Assembly (NCBI GenBank): GCA_964016885.1
Contig: OZ024763.1
Location: 26,102,001-26,166,000, forward strand
Source: Eledone cirrhosa
Lineage: Eukaryota
Reading direction: 5' to 3'
DNA: 64,000 bases
Shown here: piece after piece, positions 15,001 to 27,990 of the stretch
Layout of the letters: each line of letters opens with the position of its first letter
How positions within the stretch are numbered: the stretch's first letter is position 1
Translations under genes and position numbers: made by a program
Notes under the pieces: generated by a model
What the model saw: only the letters and a program-made list of their open reading frames with translations
What the model was told of the DNA's origin: nothing
The model's database searches: none

Positions 15001-18000
15001 CGTTACTCCAGTCCACTGTATCCTTGAACAAGACACTTTATTTCACGTTGCTCCACCCACTGTATCCTTGAACAAGACACTTTATTACACGTTGCTCCAG
15101 TCCACTGTATCCTTGAACAAGACACTTTATTTCACGTTGCTCCATCCACAGTATCCTTGAACAAGACACTTTATTTCACGTTGCTCCAGTCCACTGTATC
15201 CTTGAACAAGACACTTTATTTCACGTTGCTCCACCCACTGTATCCTTGAACAAGACACTTTATTACACGTTGCTCCATCCACTGTATCCTTGAACAAGAC
15301 ACTTTATTTCACGTTACTCCAGTCCACTGTATCCTTGAACAAGACACTTTATTTCACGTTGCTCCATCCACTGTATCCTTGAACAAGACACTTTATTACA
15401 CGTTGTTCCAGTCCACTGTATCCTTGAACAAGAGACTTTATTACACGTTGCTCCAGTCCACTGTATCCTTGAACAAGACACTTTATTACACGTTGCTCCA
15501 TCCACTGTATCCTTGAACAAGACACTTTATTACACGTTGCTCCAGTCCACTGTATCCTTGAACAAGACACTTTATTTCACGTTGCTCCAGTCCACTGTAT
15601 CCTTGAACAAGACACTTTATTTCACGTTGCTCCAGTCCACTGTATCCTTGAACAAGACACTTTATTACACGTTGCTCCATCCACTGTATCCTTGAACAAG
15701 ACACTTTATTTCACGTTACTCCAGTCCACTGTATCCTTGAACAAGACACTTTATTTCACGTTGCTCCAGTCCACTGTATCCTTGAACAAGACACTTTATT
15801 TCACGTTACTCCAGTCCACTGTATCCTTGAACAAGACACTTTATTTCACGTTGCTCCAGTCCACTGTATCCTTGAACAAGACACTTTATTTCACGTTGCT
15901 CCATCCACTGTATCCTTGAACAAGACACTTTATTTCACGTTACTCCAGTCCACTGTATCCTTGAACAAGACACTTTATTTCACGTTACTCCAGTCCACTG
16001 TATCCTTGAACAAGACACTTTATTTCACGTTGCTCCATCCACTGTATCCTTGAACAAGACACTTTATTTCACGTTACTCCAGTCCACTGTATCCTTGAAC
16101 AAGACACTTTATTTCACGTTGCTCCATCCACTGTATCCTTGAACAAGACACTTTATTACACGTTGTTCCAGTCCACTGTATCCTTGAACAAGACACTTTA
16201 TTACACGTTGCTCCAGTCCACTGTATCCTTGAACAAGACACTTTATTACACGTTGTTCCAGTCCACTGTATCCTTGAACAAGACACTTTATTACACGTTG
16301 CTCCATCCACTGTATCCTTGAGCAAGACACTTTATTACACGTTGCTCCATCCACTGTATCCTTGAACAAGACACTTTATTACACGTTGCTCCATCCACTG
16401 TATCCTTGAACAAGACACTTTATTACACGTTGCTCCATCCACTGTATCCTTGAACAAGACACTTTATTACACGTTGTTCCAGTCCACTGTATCCTTGAAC
16501 AAGACACTTTATTACACGTTGCTCCATCCACTGTATCCTTGAACAAGACACTTTATTACACGTTGCTCCAGTCCACTGTATCCTTGAACAAGACACTTTA
16601 TTACACGTTGCTCCATCCACTGTATCCTTGAACAAGACACTTTATTACACGTTGCTCCATCCACTGTATCCTTGAACAAGACACTTTATTTCACGTTGCT
16701 CCAGTCCACTGTATCCTTGAACAAGACACTTTATTACACGTTGCTCCAGTCCACTGTATCCTTGAACAAGACACTTTATTACACGTTGCTCCATCCACTG
16801 TATCCTTGAACAAGACACTTTATTACACGTTGCTCCAGTCCACTGTATCCTTGAACAAGACACTTTATTACACGTTGCTCCATCCACTGTATCCTTGAAC
16901 AAGACACTTTATTACACGTTGCTCCATCCACTGTATCCTTGAACAAGACACTTTATTTCACGTTGCTCCAGTCCACTGTATCCTTGAACAAGACACTTTA
17001 TTTCACGTTGCTCCAGTCCACTGTATCCTTGAACAAGACACTTTATTTCACGTTGCTCCATCCACTGTATCCTTGAACAAGACACTTTATTACACGTTGC
17101 TCCATCCACTGTATCCTTGAACAAGACACTTTATTTCACGTTGCTCCAGTCCACTGTATCCTTGAACAAGACACTTTATTTCACGTTGCTCCATCCACTG
17201 TATCCTTGAACAAGACACTTTATTTCACGTTGCTCCAGTCCACTGTATCCTTGAACAAGACACTTTATTACACGTTGCTCCAGTCCACTGTATCCTTGAA
17301 CAAGACACTTTATTTCACGTTGCTCCAGTTCACTGTATCCTTGAACAAGACACTTTATTTCACGTTGCTCCATCCACTGTATCCTTGAACAAGACACTTT
17401 ATTACACGTTGCTCCATCCACTGTATCCTTGAACAAGACACTTTATTTCACGTTGCTCCAGTCCACTGTATCCTTGAACAAGACACTTTATTTCACGTTG
17501 CTCCATCCACTGTATCCTTGAACAAGACACTTTATTACACGTTGCTCCATCCACTGTATCCTTGAACAAGACACTTTATTACACGTTGCTCCATCCACTG
17601 TATTCTTGAACAAGACACTTTATTACACGTTGCTCCATCCACTGTATCCTTGAGCAAGACACTTTATTACACGTTGCTCCAGTCCACTGTATCCTTGAAC
17701 AAGACACTTTATTACACGTTGCTCCAGTCCACTGTATCCTTGAACAAGACACTTTATTACACGTTGCTCCAGTCCACTGTATCCTTGAACAAGACACTTT
17801 ATTACACGTTGCTCCATCCACTGTATCCTTGAGCAAGACTCTTTATATCACGTTGCTCCAGTCCACTGTATCCTTGAACAAGACACTTTATTACACGTTG
17901 CTCCATCCACTGTATCCTTGAACAAGACACTTTATTACACGTTGCTCCATCCACTGTATCCTTGAACAAGACACTTTATTACACGTTGCTCCAGTCCACT

Positions 18001-21000
18001 GTATCCTTGAACAAGACACTTTATTTCACGTTGCTCCAGTCCACTGTATCCTTGAGCAAGACACTTTATTTCACGTTGCTCCAGTCCACTGTATCCTTGA
18101 ACAAGACACTTTATTACACGTTGCTCCATCCACTGTATCCTTGAACAAGACACTTTATTTCACGTTACTCCAGTCCACTGTATCCTTGAACAAGACACTT
18201 TATTTCACGTTGCTCCATCCACTGTATCCTTGAACAAGACACTTTATTTCACGTTGCTCCAGTCCACTGTATCCTTGAACAAGACACTTTATTTCACGTT
18301 ACTCCAGTCCACTGTATCCTTGAACAAGACACTTTATTTCACGTTGCTCCACCCACTGTATCCTTGAACAAGACACTTTATTACACGTTGCTCCAGTCCA
18401 CTGTATCCTTGAACAAGACACTTTATTTCACGTTGCTCCATCCACAGTATCCTTGAACAAGACACTTTATTTCACGTTGCTCCAGTCCACTGTATCCTTG
18501 AACAAGACACTTTATTTCACGTTGCTCCACTCACTGTATCCTTGAACAAGACACTTTATTACACGTTGCTCCATCCACTGTATCCTTGAACAAGACACTT
18601 TATTTCACGTTACTCCAGTCCACTGTATCCTTGAACAAGACACTTTATTTCACGTTGCTCCATCCACTGTATCCTTGAACAAGACACTTTATTACACGTT
18701 GTTCCAGTCCACTGTATCCTTGAACAAGAGACTTTATTACACGTTGCTCCAGTCCACTGTATCCTTGAACAAGACACTTTATTACACGTTGCTCCATCCA
18801 CTGTATCCTTGAACAAGACACTTTATTACACGTTGCTCCAGTCCACTGTATCCTTGAACAAGACACTTTATTTCACGTTGCTCCAGTCCACTGTATCCTT
18901 GAACAAGACACTTTATTTCACGTTGCTCCAGTCCACTGTATCCTTGAACAAGACACTTTATTACACGTTGCTCCATCCACTGTATCCTTGAACAAGACAC
19001 TTTATTTCACGTTACTCCAGTCCACTGTATCCTTGAACAAGACACTTTATTTCACGTTGCTCCAGTCCACTGTATCCTTGAACAAGACACTTTATTTCAC
19101 GTTACTCCAGTCCACTGTATCCTTGAACAAGACACTTTATTTCACGTTGCTCCAGTCCACTGTATCCTTGAACAAGACACTTTATTTCACGTTGCTCCAT
19201 CCACTGTATCCTTGAACAAGACACTTTATTACACGTTGCTCCATCCACTGTATCCGTGAACAAGACACTTTATTTCACGTTACTCCAGTCCACTGTATCC
19301 TTGAACAAGACACTTTATTTCACGTTGCTCCAGTCCACTGTATCCTTGAACAAGACACTTTATTTCACGTTGCTCCAGTCCACTGTATCCTTGAACAAGA
19401 CTCTTTATTACACGTTGCTCCATCCACTGTATCCTTGAACAAGACACTTTATTTCACGTTACTCCAGTCCACTGTATCCTTGAACAAGACACTTTATTTC
19501 ACGTTGCTCCATCCACTGTATCCTTGAACAAGACACTTTATTACACGTTGCTCCATCCACTGTATCCTTGAACAAGACACTTTATTTCACGTTACTCCAG
19601 TCCACTGTATCCTTGAACAAGACACTTTATTTCACGTTGCTCCAGTCCACTGTATCCTTGAACAAGACACTTTATTTCACGTTGCTCCAGTCCACTGTAT
19701 CCTTGAACAAGACACTTTATTTCACGTTGCTCCAGTCCACTGTATCCTTGAACAAGACACTTTATTTCACGTTGCTCCAGTCCACTGTATCCTTGAACAA
19801 GACACTTTATTACACGTTGCTCCATCCACTGTATCCTTGAACAAGACACTTTATTTCACGTTGCTCCAGTCCACTGTATCCTTGAACAAGACACTTTATT
19901 TCACGTTGCTCCATCCACTGTATCCTTGAACAAGACACTTTATTACACGTTGCTCCATCCACTGTATCCTTGAACAAGACACTTTATTTCACGTTACTCC
20001 AGTCCACTGTATCCTTGAGCAAGACACTTTATTTCACGTTGCTCCATCCACTGTATCCTTGAACAAGACACTTTATTTCACGTTACTCCAGTCCACTGTA
20101 TCCTTGAACAAGACACTTTATTTCACGTTGCTCCATCCACTGTATCCTTGAACAAGACACTTTATTTCACGTTACTCCAGTCCACTGTATCCTTGAACAA
20201 GACACTTTATTTCACGTTGCTCCATCCACTGTATCCTTGAACAAGACACTTTATTTCACGTTGTTCCAGTCCACTGTATCCTTGAACAAGAAACTTTATT
20301 ACACGTTGCTCCAGTCCACTGTATCCTTGAACAAGACACTTTATTTCACGTTGCTCCAGTCCACTGTATCCTTGAACAAGACACTTTATTACACGTTGCT
20401 CCATCCACTGTATCCTTGAACAAGACACTTTATTTCACGTTGCTCCAGTCCACTGTATCCTTGAACAAGACACTTTATTTCACGTTGCTCCATCCACTGT
20501 ATCCTTGAACAAGACACTTTATTACACGTTGCTCCATCCACTGTATCCTTGAACAAGACACTTTATTTCACGTTACTCCAGTCCACTGTATCCTTGAACA
20601 AGACACTTTATTTCACGTTACTCCAGTCCACTGTATCCTTGAACAAGACACTTTATTTCACGTTGCTCCATCCACTGTATCCTTGAACAAGACACTTTAT
20701 TTCACGTTACTCCAGTCCACTGTATCCTTGAACAAGACACTTTATTTCACGTTGCTCCATCCACTGTATCCTTGAACAAGACACTTTATTTCACGTTGTT
20801 CCAGTCCACTGTATCCTTGAACAAGACACTTTATTACACGTTGCTCCAGTCCACTGTATCCTTGAACAAGACACTTTATTTCACGTTGCTCCATCCACTG
20901 TATCCTTGAACAAGACACTTTATTTCACGTTGTTCCAGTCCACTGTATCCTTGAACAAGACACTTTATTACACGTTGCTCCAGTCCACTGTATCCTTGAA

Positions 21001-23050
21001 CAAGACACTTTATTACACGTTGCTCCATCCACTGTATCCTTGAACAAGACACTTTATTACACGTTGCTCCATCCACTGTATCCTTGAACAAGACACTTTA
21101 TTTCACGTTGCTCCAGTCCACTGTATCCTTGAACAAGACACTTTATTTCACGTTGTTCCAGTCCACTGTATCCTTGAACAAGACACTTTATTACACGTTG
21201 CTCCATCCACTGTATCCTTGAACAAGACACTTTATTTCACGTTGCTCCAGTCCACTGTATCCTTGAAGAAGACACTTTATTTCACGTTGTTCCAGTCCAC
21301 TGTATCCTTGAACAAGACACTTTATTTCACGTTGCTCCAGTCCACTGTATCCTTGAACAAGACACTTTATTTCACGTTGTTCCAGTCCACTGTATCCTTG
21401 AACAAGACACTTTATTACACGTTGTTCCATCCACTGTATCCTTGAACAAGACACTTTATTACACGTTGCTCCATCCACTGTATCCTTGAACAAGACACTT
21501 TATTACACGTTGCTCCATCCACTGTATCCTTGAACAAGACACTTTATTTCACGTTGCTCCAGTCCACTGTATCCTTGAACAAGACACTTTATTTCACGTT
21601 GTTCCAGTCCACTGTATCCTTGAACAAGACACTTTATTTCACGTTGCTCCAGTCCACTGTATCCTTGAACAAGACACTTTATTTCACGTTGTTCCAGTCC
21701 ACTGTATCCTTGAACAAGACACTTTATTACACGTTGCTCCATCCACTGTATCCTTGAACAAGACACTTTATTACAGGTTGCTCCATCCACTGTATCCTTG
21801 AACAAGAGACTTTATTACACGTTGCTCCAGTCCACTGTATCCTTGAACAAGACACTTTATTTCACGTTGCTCCAGTCCACTGTATCCTTGAACAAGACAC
21901 TTTATTTCACGTTGCTCCAGTCCACTGTATCCTTGAACAAGACACTTTATTACACGTTGCTCCATCCACTGTATCCTTGAACAAGACACTTTATTTCACG
22001 TTGCTCCAGTCCACTGTATCCTTGAACAAGACACTTTATTTCACGTTGCTCCATCCACTGTATCCTTGAACAAGACACTTTATTTCACGTTGCTCCAGTC
22101 CACTGTATCCTTGAACAAGACACTTTATTACACGTTGCTCCATCCACTGTATCCTTGATCAAGACACTTTATTTCACGTTGTTCCAGTTCACTGTATCCT
22201 TGAACAAGACACTTTATTTCACGTTGCTCCATCCACTGTATCCTTGAACAAGACACTTTATTACACGTTGCTCCATCCACTGTATCCTTGAACAAGACAC
22301 TTTATTTCACGTTGCTCCAGTCCACTGTATCCTTGAACAAGACACTTTATTTCACGTTGCTCCATCCACTGTATCCTTGAACAAGACACTTTATTACACG
22401 TTGCTCCATCCACTGTATCCTTGAACAAGACACTTTATTACAGGTTGCTCCATCCACTGTATCCTTGAACAAGACACTTTATTACACGTTGCTCCATCCA
22501 CTGTATCCTTGAGCAAGACACTTTATTACACGTTGCTCCAGTCCACTGTATCCTTGAACAAGACACTTTATTACACGTTGCTCCAGTCCACTGTATCCTT
22601 GAACAAGACACTTTATTACACGTTGCTCCAGTCCACTGTATCCTTGAACAAGACACTTTATTACACGTTGCTCCATCCACTGTATCCTTGAGCAAGACTC
22701 TTTATATCACGTTGCTCCAGTCCACTGTATCCTTGAACAAGACACTTTATTACACGTTGCTCCATCCACTGTATCCTTGAACAAGACACTTTATTACACG
22801 TTGCTCCATCCACTGTATCCTTGAGCAAGACACTTTATTTCACGTTGTTCCAGTCCACTGTATCCTTGAACAAGACACTTTATTACACGTTGCTCCAGTC
22901 CACTGTATCCTTGAACAAGACACTTTATTTCACGTTGCTCCAGTCCACTGTATCCTTGAGCAAGACACTTTATTTCACGTTGCTCCAGTCCACTGTATCC
23001 TTGAACAAGACACTTTATTACACGTTGCTCCATCCACTGTATCCTTGAAC
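1..23050 (+). repeat. Left satellite domain: multi-kb, variable-length higher-order repeat, mostly GAAC monomers, rich in the TTACTCC variant
   Basis: The rare monomer AGCAAGACTCTTTATATCAC recurs at 111, 2925, 10348, 13599, 17832 and 22691. Co-travelling markers (CAGTTCACT, GTATTCTTG, AAGAGACT) recur in the same order. The ORF track repeats at matching offsets (2269, 9692, 12943, 17176). Confidence 0.85.
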
Positions 23051-24299
23051 AAGACACTTTATTTCAAGTTGCTCCATCCACTGTATCCTTGAGCAAGACA
23101 CTTTATTACACGTCGCTCCATCCACTGTATCCTTGAACAAGACACTTTATTACACGTTGCTCCAGTCCACTGTATCCTTGAACAAGACACTTTATTACAC
23201 GTTGCTCCATCCACTGTATCCTTGAACAAGACACTTTATTACACGTTGCTCCAGTCCACTGTATCCTTGAGCAAGACACTTTATTACACGTTGCTCCATC
23301 CACTGTATCCTTGAGCAAGACACTTTATTACACGTTGCTCCAGTCCACTGTATCCTTGAACAAGACACTTTATTACACGTTGCTCCATCCACTGTATCCT
23401 TGAACAAGACACTTTATTACACGTTGCTCCAGTCCACTGTATCCTTGAACAAGACACTTTATTACACGTTGCTCCATCCACTGTATCCTTGAACAAGACA
23501 CTTTATTACACGTTGCTCCAGTCCACTGTATCCTTGAGCAAGACACTTTATTACACGTTGCTCCATCCACTGTATCCTTGAGCAAGACACTTTATTACAC
23601 GTTGCTCCAGTCCACTGTATCCTTGAACAAGACACTTTATTACACGTTGCTCCAGTCCACTGTATCCTTGAGCAAGACACTTTATTTCACGTTGTTCCAG
23701 TCCACTGTATCCTTGAACAAGACACTTTAATACACGTTGCTCCAGTCCACTGTATCCTTGAACAAGACACTTTATTACACGTTGCTCCAGTCCACTGTAT
23801 CCTTGAACAAGACACTTTATTACACGTTGTTCCATCCACTGTATCCTTGAGCAAGACACTTTATTTCACGTTGTTCCAGTCCACTGTATCCTTGAACAAG
23901 ACACTTTATTTCACGTTGTTCCAGTCCACTGTATCCTTGAGCAAGACACTTTATTACACGTTGCTCCATCCACTGTATCCTTGAGCAAGACACTTTATTA
24001 CACGTTGCTCCATCCACTGTATCCTTGAGCAAGACACTTTATTTCACGTTGTTCCAGTCCACTGTATCCTTGAGCAAGACACTTTATTACACTTTGCTCC
24101 ATCCACTGTATCCTTGAACAAGACACTTTATTACACGTTGCTCCAGTCCACTGTATCCTTGAACAAGACACTTTATTACACGTTGCTCCAGTCCACTGTA
24201 TCCTTGAACAAGACACTTTATTACACGTTGCTCCAGTCCACTGTATCCTTGAACAAGACACTTTATTACACGTTGCACCATCCACTGTATCCTTGAGCA

Positions 24300-27200
24300 A
24301 GACACTTTATTTCACGTTGTTCCAGTCCACTGTATCCTTGAACAAGACACTTTATTTCACGTTGTTCCAGTCCACTGTATCCTTGAACAAGACACTTTAT
24401 TACACGTTGCTCCATCCACTGCACCCTTGAGCAAGACACTTTATTACACGTTGCTCCATCCACTGTATCCTTGAGCAAGACACTTTATTTCACGTTGTTC
24501 CAGTCCACTGTATCCTTGAACAAGACACTTTATTACACGTTGCTCCAGTCCACTGTATCCTTGAACAAGACACTTTATTACACGTTGCTCCATCCACTGT
24601 ATCCTTGAACAAGACACTTTATTACACGTTGCTCCAGTCCACTGTATCCTTGAACAAGACACTTTATTACACGTTGCTCCAGTCCACTGTACCCTTGAGC
24701 AAGACACTTTATTACACGTTGCTCCATCCACTGTATCCTTGAGCAAGACACTTTATTACACGTTGCTCCAGTCCACTGTATCCTTGAACAAGACACTTTA
24801 TTACACGTTATTCCAGTCCACTGTATCCTTGAGCAAGACACTTTATTACACGTTGCTCCATCCACTGTATCCTTGAACAAGACACTTTATTACACGTTGC
24901 TCCATCCACTGTATCCTTGAGCAAGACACTTTATTACACGTTGCTCCATCCACTGTATCCTTGAACAAGACACTTTATTACACGTTGCTCCAGTCCACTG
25001 TATCCTTGAACAAGACACTTTATTACACGTTGCTCCAGTCCACTGTATCCTTGAGCAAGACACTTTATTTCACGTTGTTCCAGTCCACTGTATCCTTGAG
25101 CAAGACACTTTATTTCACGTTGCTCCATCCACTGTATCCTTGAACAAGACACTTTATTACACGTTGCTCCATCCACTGTATCCTTGAACAAGACACTTTA
25201 TTACACGTTGCTCCATCCACTGTATCCTTGAACAAGACACTTTATTACACGTTGCTCCATCCACTGTATCCTTGAGCAAGACACTTTATTTCACGTTGTT
25301 CCAGTCCACTGTATCCTTGAACAAGACACTTTATTACACGTTGCTCCATCCACTGTATCCTTGAACAAGACACTTTATTACACGTTGCTCCAGTCCACTG
25401 TATCCTTGAACAAGACACTTTATTACACGTTGTTCCAGTCCACTGTATCCTTGAACAAGACACTTTATTACACGTTACTCCAGTCCACTGTATCCTTGAA
25501 CAAGACACTTTATTACACGTTGCTCCAGTCCACTGTATCCTTGAACAAGACACTTTATTACACGTTGCTCCAGTCCACTGTATCCTTGAGCAAGACACTT
25601 TATTTCACGTTGTTCCAGTCCACTGTATCCTTGAACAAGACACTTTATTACACGTTGCTCCAGTCCACTGTATCCTTGAACAAGACACTTTATTACACGT
25701 TGCTCCAGTCCACTGTATCCTTGAACAAGACACTTTATTACACGTTGTTCCAGTCCACTGTATCCTTGAACAAGACACTTTATTACACGTTGCTCCAGTC
25801 CACTGTATCCTTGAACAAGACACTTTATTACACGTTGCTCCAGTCCACTGTATCCTTGAACAAGACACTTTATTACACGTTGCTCCAGTCCACTGTATCC
25901 TTGAGCAAGACACTTTATTTCACTTTGTTCCAGTCCACTGTATCCTTGAACAAGACACTTTATTACACGTTGCTCCATCCACTGTATCCTTGAGCAAGAC
26001 ACTTTATTTCACGTTGTTCCAGTCCACTGTATCCTTGAACAAGACACTTTATTTCACGTTGCTCCATCCACTGTATCCTTGAGCAAGACACTTTATTTTA
26101 CATTGTTCCAGTCTACTGTCATTGAGCAAGACACTTTATTTCACGTTGTTCCAGTCCACTGTATCCTTGAACAAGACACTTTATTTCACGTTGTTCCAGT
26201 CCACTGTATCCTTGAACAAGACACTTTATTACACGTTGCTCCATCCACTGCACCCTTGAGCAAGACACTTTATTACACGTTGCTCCATCCACTGTATCCT
26301 TGAGCAAGACACTTTATTTCACGTTGTTCCAGTCCACTGTATCCTTGAACAAGACACTTTATTACACGTTGCTCCAGTCCACTGTATCCTTGAACAAGAC
26401 ACTTTATTACACGTTGCTCCATCCACTGTATCCTTGAACAAGACACTTTATTACACGTTGCTCCAGTCCACTGTATCCTTGAACAAGACACTTTATTACA
26501 CGTTGCTCCAGTCCACTGTACCCTTGAGCAAGACACTTTATTACACGTTGCTCCATCCACTGTATCCTTGAGCAAGACACTTTATTACACGTTGCTCCAG
26601 TCCACTGTATCCTTGAACAAGACACTTTATTACACGTTGTTCCAGTCCACTGTATCCTTGAGCAAGACACTTTATTACACGTTGCTCCATCCACTGTATC
26701 CTTGAACAAGACACTTTATTACACGTTGCTCCATCCACTGTATCCTTGAGCAAGACACTTTATTACACGTTGCTCCATCCACTGTATCCTTGAACAAGAC
26801 ACTTTATTACACGTTGCTCCAGTCCACTGTATCCTTGAACAAGACACTTTATTACACGTTGCTCCAGTCCACTGTATCCTTGAGCAAGACACTTTATTTC
26901 ACGTTGTTCCAGTCCACTGTATCCTTGAGCAAGACACTTTATTTCACGTTGCTCCATCCACTGTATCCTTGAACAAGACACTTTATTACACGTTGCTCCA
27001 TCCACTGTATCCTTGAACAAGACACTTTATTACACGTTGCTCCATCCACTGTATCCTTGAACAAGACACTTTATTACACGTTGCTCCATCCACTGTATCC
27101 TTGAGCAAGACACTTTATTTCACGTTGTTCCAGTCCACTGTATCCTTGAACAAGACACTTTATTACACGTTGCTCCATCCACTGTATCCTTGAACAAGAC

Positions 27201-27990
27201 ACTTTATTACACGTTGCTCCAGTCCACTGTATCCTTGAACAAGACACTTTATTACACGTTGTTCCAGTCCACTGTATCCTTGAACAAGACACTTTATTAC
27301 ACGTTACTCCAGTCCACTGTATCCTTGAACAAGACACTTTATTACACGTTGCTCCAGTCCACTGTATCCTTGAACAAGACACTTTATTACACGTTGCTCC
27401 AGTCCACTGTATCCTTGAGCAAGACACTTTATTTCACGTTGTTCCAGTCCACTGTATCCTTGAACAAGACACTTTATTACACGTTGCTCCAGTCCACTGT
27501 ATCCTTGAACAAGACACTTTATTACACGTTGCTCCAGTCCACTGTATCCTTGAACAAGACACTTTATTAAACGTTGTTCCAGTCCACTGTATCCTTGAAC
27601 AAGACACTTTATTACACGTTGCTCCAGTCCACTGTATCCTTGAACAAGACACTTTATTACACGTTGCTCCAGTCCACTGTATCCTTGAACAAGACACTTT
27701 ATTACACGTTGCTCCAGTCCACTGTATCCTTGAGCAAGACACTTTATTTCACTTTGTTCCAGTCCACTGTATCCTTGAACAAGACACTTTATTACACGTT
27801 GCTCCATCCACTGTATCCTTGAGCAAGACACTTTATTTCACGTTGTTCCAGTCCACTGTATCCTTGAACAAGACACTTTATTTCACGTTGCTCCATCCAC
27901 TGTATCCTTGAGCAAGACACTTTATTTTACATTGTTCCAGTCTACTGTCATTGAGCAAGACACTTTATTTCACGTTGTTCCAGTCCACTG
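24300..27990 (+). repeat. Tandem duplication of a 1829-bp block within the satellite
   Basis: GCACCCTTG at 24421/26250, CACTTTGTTCC at 25921/27750, and ORF pairs 24444/26273, 24934/26763, 25361/27190 and 26079/27908 are all offset by 1829. Boundaries are approximate. Confidence 0.9.
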
